Positions 19,118-28,709 of a DNA stretch of 64,000 nucleotides are shown piece by piece. A program made the translations under genes and the position numbers. Numbering within the stretch: position 1 is the stretch's first letter; the number at the start of each line of letters is the position of its first letter. The notes under the pieces are model-generated. The model saw only the letters and a program-made list of their open reading frames with translations. It made no database searches and was not told the origin of the DNA. This stretch comes from an uncultured Acidobacteriota bacterium. Its GTDB lineage: Bacteria > Acidobacteriota > Thermoanaerobaculia > Multivoradales > UBA5704. The DNA lies in NCBI GenBank assembly GCA_963770895.1, contig CAVYRF010000002.1, positions 1,344,001-1,408,000 on the forward strand, written 5' to 3'.

Positions 19118-19867
19118 ATGCGCGCGCTGTTCACCGTCATGGACCCGCCGGTTTCGCCGCCGGCGCCGCCAGCCTTCCGGCCCGCGTCCGGGCTGCTGGC
19201 GTCGCCGTCGACGGGCACCGTGACGGCGGCGGCGAGCGCGACAGCCGCGGCGGCGGCGGCGGCGGCGAACGATGCCGAAGCCGCCGCGGCGGAGTTTCAG
19301 GCGTTCTACCTGCGGACGTCGCGGGCGCTGTGGGCCTACCTGGTCGCCGCCGGCCGCGACCGCGCCCTGGCCGACGACCTGTTGCAGGAGAGCTATCTGC
19401 GTCTGTTGCAGGCGCGTGGCGCACCGCGCAATGAAGAAGACCGGCGCCGCTACCTGTTCCGCATCGCCAGCAACCTGCTCGCCGACGAACGGCGGGCAGG
19501 CCGGCGCTCGGTGCAGCTTGCCCCTCCCGGACGCGACGCGCGTGACGCCGGCGCAACCGGCGACGGCGCCCCTTCAGGTGAGCTGCACGCGAGCAGCGCT
19601 CCGGGCATGCTGGGCGCGGTCGACCCGGCGGCCCAGGGCGACACCAACGTCGAGATCAGCCGCGCCCTGGCCGAGCTGCCCGCGCAGCAGCGCCGGCTGC
19701 TCTGGTTGGCGCACGTCGAGGGCTGGGATCACCGCGAGATCGCCGCCATTGTCGGCGTGGGGGCTACCAGCGTGAAAGTGCTGCTGTTCCGCGCCCGCAA
19801 ACGCCTGGCCGCCCTGCTGGGCGCCGCCACCGGCACAGATGCCAGGTCCCAAGGAGCCCGCTCATGA
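19118..19867 (+). CDS. ECF RNA polymerase sigma factor
   Basis: Region 2 ADDLLQESYL...YLFRIASN and region 4 EGWDHREIAAIVG...SVKVLLFRAR. Confidence 0.93.
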   Translation: MRALFTVMDPPVSPPAPPAFRPASGLLASPSTGTVTAAASATAAAAAAAANDAEAAAAEFQAFYLRTSRALWAYLVAAGRDRALADDLLQESYLRLLQARGAPRNEEDRRRYLFRIASNLLADERRAGRRSVQLAPPGRDARDAGATGDGAPSGELHASSAPGMLGAVDPAAQGDTNVEISRALAELPAQQRRLLWLAHVEGWDHREIAAIVGVGATSVKVLLFRARKRLAALLGAATGTDARSQGARS

Positions 19868-20367
19868 CCCAAGTCGATTGCCCGCGGACCACCCAGGTGC
19901 TCGCAGCCCGGCGCCGTACGCCGCTCGGGGCCCCCGGCACCGGCGTCACGGCCGACCACGCAGCCGGCGCCGCAGACGCCACAGCGACGGCCGATCACAT
20001 CGCCACGTGCCCCACCTGCGCCGCCGCGCTGGTGGCCGATCGCGCGCTGAGCGATTTCGCCGCGGCCCTGGAGCGCCAGGCGGCGCTCCCCACCGCGACC
20101 CAGATTCTGTTTCGCGCCCAGCAGCGGCAGACCGCGCTGGCCGCCGACCGCGCCGTGCGGCCCATCAAGCTGTGGGGGCTGTGCGTGGCCGTGGGCTGCA
20201 TCCTGGCTGCCGCCGTCCTGCTGGTGACCCACGCCGGCGCTCTTTGGCACCGCGTGCTGTCGCTGCAAGCCGCCGCCGCCCCGCCGCTCCTGATCCTCGC
20301 CGGCGTGGTCAGCGTCGGCCTGGCCAGCCTCCTGCTGCACCTGCACGCCGCCTGGACCGAGCCCTAA
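19864..20367 (+). CDS. Putative zinc-finger (ZAS) membrane anti-sigma factor
   Basis: HIATCPTC (HxxxCxxC), two TM segments, ATGA overlap with the sigma gene. Confidence 0.8.
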   Translation: MTQVDCPRTTQVLAARRRTPLGAPGTGVTADHAAGAADATATADHIATCPTCAAALVADRALSDFAAALERQAALPTATQILFRAQQRQTALAADRAVRPIKLWGLCVAVGCILAAAVLLVTHAGALWHRVLSLQAAAAPPLLILAGVVSVGLASLLLHLHAAWTEP

Positions 20368-20532
20368 GCCCCGCCAACTGGTCGTACGCGGCGTGCCGGA
20401 AGTGGATCTCGCAACAGCTGGCCTGAGCTGCAAGAATCTCCCAGGTTCCCAGGGCACCGCCCAGCGGATCCAGTCGGGTTCGGTCGGCGCCTGCGCGAAG
20501 ACGGGCAGGGGCGGACCGCAACCTTGGAGGAG

Positions 20533-21720
20533 ATGATGATCAGAGCCTGCCGAAGCCTTGCCGCGCTCGCCGCGGCGGCGCTTGTTGCCGCTCCCGCGGC
20601 CGCCCAGCTGTTCAGCGGCGTCACGATCCCTTTGTCGGACTCCGACATCGATACTCATAGCCGTGGCGGCGCTCAGCACGCCTTGGTCAGCCAGGGCATC
20701 GGCCTGGTCCAGGTGACGATCGACTACAGCAGTCCGCACGTGCACAGCCCGACCGGCGTCGATCGACGGGGCAAGATCTGGGGCAAGGGCAACCTGGTCG
20801 AATACGGGATGGCGACTCTTCCCTGGGGCAGCTGCGGCAGTCAGTGCCCGTGGCGCGGCGGCGCCAACGAGAACACCGTCTTCACCACGACTCACGACGT
20901 CACCATCCAGGGCCAGCGCCTGCCGGCCGGCTCCTACGGCCTCTTTTTCATCCCCGACGCGACCGAATGGACGATCATCTTCTCGAAGAACCACACCTCC
21001 TGGGGCAGCTTCACCTATGACGCGAAGGAAGATGCCTTGCGCGTCACGGCGAAGCCCCAGCCGAGCGAGTATCACGAAGATCTCACCTACGAGTTCCGCG
21101 ACCAGAACCCCGACAGCGTAACGGCCGTGCTGCGCTGGGAGGACCTGCAGCTGCCGTTCGCCATCAAGGTCGAGAACATCGATGAGCTCTATTTCCAGAA
21201 GATCCGCCAGGAGCTGCGCTCGGCGGGCGGCTTCAATTGGCGCGGCTGGGCCATGGCGGTCCAGTTCTGCCTCACCCACAAGATCCACCTCGACGAAGCT
21301 CTCCTCTGGGCCCGGCACGGCATCGACCCGAACTTCGGCGGCCAGGAGAACGCGACGACCCTCTTCACCCTGGCGATGGCGCTCGAGGACAACGGCCAGA
21401 CGGCCGAGGGAAAGGCCGTGCTGGTCAAGGCAGTCCATCGCCCGGACGCCGCCCCGATCGACGTCCACCTCATCGGCCGCCGGCTCCTCGCGATGCACCG
21501 CCCCGCCGAAGCGATGGAAGTCTTCACGGCCAACGCCCAGCTCCACCCGGACGCCTGGCCGGTGCACTTCGGGCTGGCCCGCGGTTATGCGGCGCTGGGC
21601 CAGCAGGACCAGGCGATCGCCGAGGCCAAGCTGGCGCTGCGGCAGGCCCCCGACGCCGCAAACCAGCAGGCGGTCAAGGACTTCATCGCGACTCTCGAGG
21701 CAGGAAAGCCCGCCAACTGA
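20533..21720 (+). CDS. Secreted DUF2911 domain protein with C-terminal TPRs
   Basis: Signal peptide, IDYSSP..RGKIWG..WRGGANENT..WGSFTY motifs, TPR-like helices. Confidence 0.85.
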   Translation: MMIRACRSLAALAAAALVAAPAAAQLFSGVTIPLSDSDIDTHSRGGAQHALVSQGIGLVQVTIDYSSPHVHSPTGVDRRGKIWGKGNLVEYGMATLPWGSCGSQCPWRGGANENTVFTTTHDVTIQGQRLPAGSYGLFFIPDATEWTIIFSKNHTSWGSFTYDAKEDALRVTAKPQPSEYHEDLTYEFRDQNPDSVTAVLRWEDLQLPFAIKVENIDELYFQKIRQELRSAGGFNWRGWAMAVQFCLTHKIHLDEALLWARHGIDPNFGGQENATTLFTLAMALEDNGQTAEGKAVLVKAVHRPDAAPIDVHLIGRRLLAMHRPAEAMEVFTANAQLHPDAWPVHFGLARGYAALGQQDQAIAEAKLALRQAPDAANQQAVKDFIATLEAGKPAN

Positions 21721-21896
21721 GCCCGCCGCCCCGGGGCCGGACCTCCAGGTCGTCCGGCCCGGCGCGGCCCGCGCCGGGCACGGCTGGACCGACCTGACGG
21801 ACCTGACCAGCAGGCTCGCCGGTTCCGGCCCTCTGTGTGCTAGCATCCCGCCCGCTCGGCTGGGAAGGCTGTCGGTCCTGGCCGCGGCGCACACCT

Positions 21897-22874
21897 ATGG
21901 AAATCTACGACGACATCCTGGAAACGCTCGGCAATACGCCGCTGGTGCGCCTGCGCCGGTTTCACCCCGCAGGGGCGACGCTGGCGGCGAAGATCGAGTC
22001 GTTCAACCCTGGCGGCAGCGTCAAGGACCGGATCAGCATCGCCATGATCGAGGCCGGGGAGCGCGCCGGCCTGCTGAAGCCTGGCGGCACCATCGTCGAG
22101 CCCACCTCGGGCAATACCGGCGTGGGTCTGGCGATGGCGGCCAACCTGCGCGGCTACCAGCTGATCTGCACCGCCGCCGACAAGATCCCGCAGGAGAAGA
22201 TCGCCCTGTTGGAGGCCTTGGGCGCCAAGGTGATCACCTGCCCGACCCACGTCGAGGCGGACGACCCCCGGTCGTATTACAAGGTGGCGGAGCGGCTGCG
22301 CGACGAGGAAGGCGCCTACCTGCCCTACCAGTACTACAACCAGGCCAACCCGGAGGCGCACTATCGCACCACCGGCCCCGAGATCTGGCGCCAGACCGAC
22401 GGCAGGATCACCCACTGGATTGCCGGCGTGGGCACCGGCGGCACCATCAGCGGCACCGCCAAATATCTCAAAGAGCAGAACCCGGCGATCCGGGTCATCG
22501 GCGTGGACCCGATCGGCAGCGTCTACCTGTATTACCGCCAGCACGGCAAGCTGCCGCCCGCCGACCAGATCCACCAATACCTGATCGACGGCATCGGCGA
22601 AGACTTCCTGCCTTCGTGCGTGTGGTGGGACTATATCGACGAGATCGTCAAGGTGGACGACAAGGCGGCCTACCGCGCCACCCTGGAGCTGGCCCGCAAG
22701 GAGTCGATCTTTGTCGGCTCGTCGAGCGGCGCCGCCGCCGCCGGCGCCCGCCAGATCGCCGCCGGCCTGCCCGCCGACGCCCTGGTCGTCACGCTCTTCC
22801 CCGACTCGGGCGAGCGCTACCTTTCAAAGCTCAATCAGACCTGGCTGCGCGGCCACGGCCTGCTCGACGACTGA
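21897..22874 (+). CDS. PLP-dependent cysteine synthase/cystathionine beta-synthase family
   Basis: NPGGSVKDR (PLP lysine), EPTSGNTG, GVGTGGT, PDSGERYLSK. Confidence 0.95.
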   Translation: MEIYDDILETLGNTPLVRLRRFHPAGATLAAKIESFNPGGSVKDRISIAMIEAGERAGLLKPGGTIVEPTSGNTGVGLAMAANLRGYQLICTAADKIPQEKIALLEALGAKVITCPTHVEADDPRSYYKVAERLRDEEGAYLPYQYYNQANPEAHYRTTGPEIWRQTDGRITHWIAGVGTGGTISGTAKYLKEQNPAIRVIGVDPIGSVYLYYRQHGKLPPADQIHQYLIDGIGEDFLPSCVWWDYIDEIVKVDDKAAYRATLELARKESIFVGSSSGAAAAGARQIAAGLPADALVVTLFPDSGERYLSKLNQTWLRGHGLLDD

Positions 22875-22983
22875 CCGCGGCACACCCGCCGCCCCGCGCT
22901 CACCGCACGACGTCACCGGTCACCGCTCCGGCCGCCCCCTGGGGGACGACCGGGTGGCGTCTGCGTGCCCTTGGCGGCGCCGG

Positions 22984-24990
22984 CTAGGCGTCCAGCTTCT
23001 TTTGCGCGTTGGTGTACAGGCGCCAGCAGAGGACGCCGAAGACGGCGGCGCAGAGCAGGCCGCCGGTCACGTCGCCGCGCTTGAAGGCGCCGAAGGCCGG
23101 CACGAGGTTGCCCAGGTCGATGCGGTCGAGCAGCGTCGGATTTTCCATGTGGAAGAGGGAGTCGCCGCAGAAGGCGACCAGGGCTATGAGCACGCCTCCT
23201 AACGAGCCGCCGGCGACCAGGCCGGTGGCGTAGAGCATGCCGCTCGATAGCTCGCTCTCCTCCTTTCTGTTCGCCATCTTGTCGGCGAAGGCCTTGACCA
23301 TGCCGCCGATCCAGATGGGGAAGGTGGTGGACAGCGGCAGGTAGGCGCCGACCGCCCAGGATAGGGCGTGCGCGCCCGCCATCTGCGCCATGAAGGCGAG
23401 CCCGACGCCGACCAGGACCGGCGCCCAGGGGAGGTTCTTGGCCAGCAGGCCCTTGATGATCGTGGCCATCAGGGTGGCCTGCGGCGCGGCCAGCTTGGGG
23501 CCGCCGATGCCGTGCAGCTCGCCGGCACGATAGGTCTGGTCGAGCAGGAAGAGCGTGCCGCCGATGACCAGGGTCGACACCAGCACGCCGATGATGAAGC
23601 CGATCTGCTGGCGGCGCGGCGTGGCGCCGACCAGGAAGCCGGTCTTCAGGTCTTGCGAGGTGGCGCCGGCGTTGGCGGCGGCGATGCAGACCAGGGCGCC
23701 GACGCACAGGGCGACGGCCTGGTAGACGTCACCGGTGCGGCCGACGACGACGAAGACGACGCAGGTCGCCATCAGGGTGGCGATGGTCATCCCCGAGATC
23801 GGGTTGGACGAGGTGCCGATGATGCCGACGATGCGGCTGGACACGGTGACGAAGAACAGGCCGAACACCACGACCAGCAGGCCCATCAGCAGCGACCCCG
23901 GGAACTCGCCGTGCGGGAAGTGGGGCAGCACGGTGATGATCAGCGCCAGCACCAGCGATCCGACGATGACGATGCCGATGCCCAGGTCGTCGTCGGTGCG
24001 CAGCTTCTTGGCGCCCCCCGACCCTTCGCGCAGCGACTTGACCGACTCGCGGAAGGCGGAGACGATGGTGGGCAGCGTCTTGATCAGGGTCATCACGCCG
24101 GCACAGGCGACCGCCCCGGCGCCGATGTAGCGGATGTAGGCGCGATAGATCCATTCGGCGTGCGAGTGGCCGGAGCGCCAGCCTTCCGAGAAGCCCAAAG
24201 CCTGCAGGTCCTGCACCAGGCGCGTTTCGGGCACCAGCCACGAGATCAGCGGGATCAGCGCCAGCCAGGCCAGCACGCCACCCGAGGCCAGCTCGCCGGC
24301 GATCTTGGGGCCGATGATGTAGCCCAGGCCCAGGTACTCGGGGGTGACGTCGCACTGCAGGGTGGCGTCGGGGATGACCCCCGCTGTCTTGGTGCGGAAC
24401 CAGGTGGCGGTTTCGTTCCACAGGCCCAGGATGCCGTACAGGAACTTGTAGAGCAGCGCCATGCCCACACCGGCAAACACCGTCTTGGCCAGGTCGCCGC
24501 CGCGTTCGCCGGCGATCAGCACGTCGGCGCAGGCGGTGCCCTCGGGGTACGGCAGCTTGCCGTGCTCCTTGACGATGAGCGCCCGGCGCAGCGGGATCAT
24601 GAACAGCACGCCGAGCGTGCCGCCGACCGCCGACAGCACGAAGATGGTGGCGTAGTTGAAGTATTCGTTGCCGTTGGCGAGAAAGAGCAGCGCCGGCACG
24701 GTGAAGACGACGCCGGCGGCGACCGACTCTCCGGCCGAGCCGATCGTCTGCACGATGTTGTTTTCCAGAATGGTGGAGTTGCCGAGCCGCTTGAACACCG
24801 CGATCGACAGCACCGCGATCGGCACCGACGCCGAAACGGTGAGGCCGGCGCGCAGCGCCAGGTAGACCGTGGCGGCGCCGAACAGGACGCCGAAGAGGCT
24901 GCCCAGGATGACCGCCCTGGGCGTGAACTCCGCGATGTTCTGCGACGCGGGGATGAAAGGCTCGAACTTCTCGGGGCTCGTCTCGGCCAT
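22984..24990 (-). CDS. OPT-family oligopeptide transporter
   Basis: [48 protein letters not shown]. Confidence 0.95.
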   Translation of the reverse strand: MAETSPEKFEPFIPASQNIAEFTPRAVILGSLFGVLFGAATVYLALRAGLTVSASVPIAVLSIAVFKRLGNSTILENNIVQTIGSAGESVAAGVVFTVPALLFLANGNEYFNYATIFVLSAVGGTLGVLFMIPLRRALIVKEHGKLPYPEGTACADVLIAGERGGDLAKTVFAGVGMALLYKFLYGILGLWNETATWFRTKTAGVIPDATLQCDVTPEYLGLGYIIGPKIAGELASGGVLAWLALIPLISWLVPETRLVQDLQALGFSEGWRSGHSHAEWIYRAYIRYIGAGAVACAGVMTLIKTLPTIVSAFRESVKSLREGSGGAKKLRTDDDLGIGIVIVGSLVLALIITVLPHFPHGEFPGSLLMGLLVVVFGLFFVTVSSRIVGIIGTSSNPISGMTIATLMATCVVFVVVGRTGDVYQAVALCVGALVCIAAANAGATSQDLKTGFLVGATPRRQQIGFIIGVLVSTLVIGGTLFLLDQTYRAGELHGIGGPKLAAPQATLMATIIKGLLAKNLPWAPVLVGVGLAFMAQMAGAHALSWAVGAYLPLSTTFPIWIGGMVKAFADKMANRKEESELSSGMLYATGLVAGGSLGGVLIALVAFCGDSLFHMENPTLLDRIDLGNLVPAFGAFKRGDVTGGLLCAAVFGVLCWRLYTNAQKKLDA

Positions 24991-25153
24991 CGGGACCTCC
25001 ATCCAAGAAACCGCGCGCTGGACCAACGCCGTGGAAAACCGTTGGCGATGCTACTGTGGTCTGTCGAATGGCGCAACAGCCTTGCCGGCTTGCCCATTCA
25101 CGCCTGCCGCAAAACGTCGCCGGCGCCCGTCCTGGCCGCGGCGCCCGGCCGCC

Positions 25154-26116
25154 TCAGGGCGCGAGCAGCGCGTCGAGCAGCGCCGCCAGGCGGTAGCCGG
25201 CGAGCGCGATCGCCGGCTGGGCGACGTCCGCGGCCAGCTGGCGATAGGTCTCCGGCGGCTCCTGGCCGCGCACCAGGAGCGGCGAATAGACCCTGGCCTT
25301 CACCGTGTCGTAGCCGTCGTTGGCCCACGCCTCGAAATGCAGCAGGTCCAGCCGAGCCGCCGTCCCGGCCGGCGGATGGAGCGCGGTCACCCGCGCCGCC
25401 AGGCGGCCGATGTAGTCCGCGTCGCTTTCCTGCGGCTGCCGCGGATAGGAGATGGTGAGGATCGAATCCCAATACCAGTGCAGGCTCGCATGGACGGGAT
25501 CGAGCTTGAACAGCAGGCCCCCCCGGTCGCCCTGCGGCTCCTCCGCGGTGACCCGCGACGCGGCGTGGAGCGGCATGTGGATGTCGCCCACCAGGTGCAG
25601 CACCCAGGCCAGGTCGAGCGCCTTCTGGGCCGGCAGCTGGCGCGGGTCCGCCAGGTGCGCCGCGAACAGCCGCAGCCGCTCGATGACGTTTTCGGGGCTG
25701 GCGGGCAGGTCGAGGCGGTCGCGCGCCACCCCCGTCCAGGGGCCGGCCGCGGCCACCTGCCAGAACCAGTCGACGTAGTGCCAGGGCGGGTGGTTGTACC
25801 TGGCCATGCGCTGCGGATGGCCGGCGTCCCGCACCAGGTCGGCCCAGGTCGCCGCCAGCTCGAACAGCTCGCGCTGGCGCACCGCCGCGGGCCGGCCGTC
25901 GCTGGGCAGCAGGCTGGCCAGGTCGGCGTCGCCGGGCGCCGCGGCGAGGATCGCCACCGCCCGCTCGCGCGTCGCCGGCTGCATGGCGTCCCAGGCGATG
26001 CGCGCCACCACGCGGTGGCCGTTGGGATCCCAGCCCGCCGCCGGGACGGCCGCCGGGAGCGCCGCGGCGGCGGCGACCACCCCACCGGCGACCAGGGCGC
26101 GGGCGAGCCGGTTCAT
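25154..26116 (-). CDS. Secreted S1/P1 nuclease
   Basis: Signal peptide then WDPNGH, ATWAD, WHYVD, HLVGDIHMPLH, LHWYWD zinc ligands. Confidence 0.93.
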   Translation of the reverse strand: MNRLARALVAGGVVAAAAALPAAVPAAGWDPNGHRVVARIAWDAMQPATRERAVAILAAAPGDADLASLLPSDGRPAAVRQRELFELAATWADLVRDAGHPQRMARYNHPPWHYVDWFWQVAAAGPWTGVARDRLDLPASPENVIERLRLFAAHLADPRQLPAQKALDLAWVLHLVGDIHMPLHAASRVTAEEPQGDRGGLLFKLDPVHASLHWYWDSILTISYPRQPQESDADYIGRLAARVTALHPPAGTAARLDLLHFEAWANDGYDTVKARVYSPLLVRGQEPPETYRQLAADVAQPAIALAGYRLAALLDALLAP

Positions 26117-26622
26117 GGGGCACCCCTGCGGGCCTTGAACGACCAGGTGAAGACGAAGCGGGCCACCATGTCGCCCTGGGGATTGCGGCCGATGGTGACG
26201 GCGCGCACCTGGGTGGGCTCATTGGAGGTGAGGGCCGCGGCGACGGCGCCGAAGATGGCGTCGCCGTCGACGCAGGTGAAGGTGGTGGGGGTCGTGGCTT
26301 TCTTTTCGAAGCTCCCCTCCATGCCGACGATCAGCAGCGCGACCGGGGCCGGAGCGCTGGTCGTCGCCAGCATCGCCAGGGCGCCGGTCGAAAGCTCCGC
26401 CGCCATGCTGAGCGCCGCGAAGTAGGTGGAGCGGAACGGATTGGTCGTGCGCCAGCCGTAGGGCACCGTCACCACGCAGTGCTGGCGGTCGACTTCGGGA
26501 ATGCGCAAGCCGGCGACCAGCGCCAGCGGCAGCCGCCGCAGAAAAAGGGCGCGCAGCAGCCAGGGACGGCCCAGGCGCGCCCGCAACGGTTCGACCGGCC
26601 AATCGGCGGTGGGATCGCTCAT
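26113..26622 (-). CDS. Hotdog-fold protein (DUF4442/thioesterase-like)
   Basis: WRTTNPFRSTYFAALSMAAELSTG. Confidence 0.8.
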   Translation of the reverse strand: MSDPTADWPVEPLRARLGRPWLLRALFLRRLPLALVAGLRIPEVDRQHCVVTVPYGWRTTNPFRSTYFAALSMAAELSTGALAMLATTSAPAPVALLIVGMEGSFEKKATTPTTFTCVDGDAIFGAVAAALTSNEPTQVRAVTIGRNPQGDMVARFVFTWSFKARRGAP

Positions 26623-26737
26623 CGCTGCCTCCTGCTCGTCGTGCTCATCCTGCTCATCGTCATCACATCATGCTCCATATGACGGACCTTGCGGGGGCGG
26701 ACCGCTGGCGCTGCCGCTCCCGGCTCACGCCGCACGC

Positions 26738-28579
26738 TCACGGCACCGCCAGGTGGGCCGACTCGGCATCGCCCATTTCGACGCCGCCGCCGGGGAAGTA
26801 TTCGCGCCAGCGGCGGGTGACCAGCGCCGCGGTGTCGGGATCGCAGTGCAGCTCAGCCGGAAACCCCGGTTTGAGGCGGGCGTCGATCAGCACCGGCGGC
26901 CGGTAGACCAGGTGGTTGCGCTCGACGGTGGTGGCGGCGGCGTGGATGTCGGCCGCCGGCTCGAAGCGGGTGAAGGTCGTCCACAGGAAGTTGATCGGGC
27001 TTGCCGCGGCCCGCCGCGGTTCGTCGGTCAGCACCAGCAGCGGCCAGCCGGCAAAGGCCGGGTGGGCGGCAAAGCGCGCCGCCGCGCCAGGGTCGGCGGC
27101 GGCGGACGGTCCGCCCAACACCAGGCAGCCGGGGCTGAACACCAGCGCCTCGGTCAGCCCCTGCGGCAGGCCGTGCGCGCCGGGCGCAAACTGGCGCGGC
27201 AGCTCGCGCACCGGGCTGCCCAGGCCGAGCCACACGCCCTTGGAGCCTTCGTTGACCCGCGGACCGGTGTAGTCCAGGGTGTCCATCGACAGATTGGCGA
27301 ACACGAACAGGTCGGTTTCGGGGCGCGTCCGCTCCAGGACATGGGTGAGCGTGGCGCGAAAATCCTTGAGATCGACGGCCTGGTCGGTGACCAGCAGGAA
27401 CTTGGTGAGCGACAGCTGCCCTTCGCCCAGGATGCGGAACGCCGAGGCCATCGCTTCGCGCGGGTAGCGCTGCTTGACCACCGCCGCCGCCAGCGAGTGG
27501 TAGCCGGTTTCGCCGTACGACCACAGCGCCTCGACCGCCGGCATCACCAGCGGGAAGAGCGGCGCCAGCAGCTCCTGCAGCAGGTCGCCCAGAAAGAAGT
27601 CCTCCTGCCGCGGCTTGCCGACCACGGTGGCGGGAAAGATCGCGTCGCGCCGGCGCGCCAGCCATTCGACTTCGAAGACCGGATAGTCGTGCCGCAGCGA
27701 GTAGTAGCCGTAGTGATCGCCGAACGGCCCCTCCGGCCGCCGCACCCCCGGCGGCACGCGGCCGAACAGCGCCAGCTCCGCCGCCGCCGGCACGCGGCGC
27801 CCGGCGGCGGGTCCCGGCATCATCGGCAGCCGGGCGCCGGCGACCAGCGAGGCCAGCATCAGCTCGGGGACGTTTTCGGGCAGCGGCGCGATGGCGGCGA
27901 GCATCAGCGCCGGCGGCCCGCCCAGCCAGACGCTCACCGGCAGGCTCTGGCCGCGCGCTTCCGCGACGGCGTAGTGGAAGCCGCCGCCCTTGCCGATCTG
28001 CCAGTGCATGCCGGTGGTGTGCGGATCGTGCACCTGCAGCCGGTACATGCCGAGGTTGTGCCCCTTGCCGGCGGGGTGCTCGGTGTAGACCAGCGGCAGG
28101 GTGACAAAGGGGCCGCCGTCCTCGGGCCAGGTGGTGAGCGCCGGCAGGCGGTCCAGCCGCACGTCCCGCGTCACCACCTCCATGACGGTGCCGCGCCGCC
28201 GGCGCGGCCGCTCCGCGATGCCGACCCGCAGCGCCTGGCGCGCCACGTCGCGCGCCCCCCACAGCTTGCCGGGGGTCGGCGGCAGCAGGGTTTCAGCCAG
28301 CTCGACCAGGCGCCGCACCAGCTGGAACGGCCGCCGGCCGAACGCCGTTTCGGCCCGCCGGGCGGTGCCGAACAGGTTGGTGGCCAGCGGCAGCTCGGCG
28401 CCGCGCACGTTCTGAAACAGCAGCGCCGGGCCGCCGGCCGCGATCACCCGCCGGTGGATCTCCGCCGCCTCCAGCCGCGCGTCGACCGGCGCCTCGACCA
28501 CCGCCAGGTCGCCGTCGCGGCGCAGCTGCGCCAGAAACGCGCGCAGGTCCGGGAAGGTGGCACCAGGGTCGGCCGGCAT
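26738..28579 (-). CDS. UbiD-family decarboxylase (long form, possibly futalosine-pathway menaquinone type)
   Basis: WPEDGG, NLGMYR, EGPFGDHYGYY, DTLDY motifs. Confidence 0.92.
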   Translation of the reverse strand: MPADPGATFPDLRAFLAQLRRDGDLAVVEAPVDARLEAAEIHRRVIAAGGPALLFQNVRGAELPLATNLFGTARRAETAFGRRPFQLVRRLVELAETLLPPTPGKLWGARDVARQALRVGIAERPRRRRGTVMEVVTRDVRLDRLPALTTWPEDGGPFVTLPLVYTEHPAGKGHNLGMYRLQVHDPHTTGMHWQIGKGGGFHYAVAEARGQSLPVSVWLGGPPALMLAAIAPLPENVPELMLASLVAGARLPMMPGPAAGRRVPAAAELALFGRVPPGVRRPEGPFGDHYGYYSLRHDYPVFEVEWLARRRDAIFPATVVGKPRQEDFFLGDLLQELLAPLFPLVMPAVEALWSYGETGYHSLAAAVVKQRYPREAMASAFRILGEGQLSLTKFLLVTDQAVDLKDFRATLTHVLERTRPETDLFVFANLSMDTLDYTGPRVNEGSKGVWLGLGSPVRELPRQFAPGAHGLPQGLTEALVFSPGCLVLGGPSAAADPGAAARFAAHPAFAGWPLLVLTDEPRRAAASPINFLWTTFTRFEPAADIHAAATTVERNHLVYRPPVLIDARLKPGFPAELHCDPDTAALVTRRWREYFPGGGVEMGDAESAHLAVP

Positions 28580-28709
28580 GGAGGCAGGCAGTCTATCGCC
28601 ATTCGCCAGGCCCCTTGGGGGAGCCGGACCGATCCAGCCGCGGGATCGGCGATAATGCGACGACGATCGACTCCTCCTCCCTGCAGCTCCCCCTCAAGAG
28701 GACAGCGCG

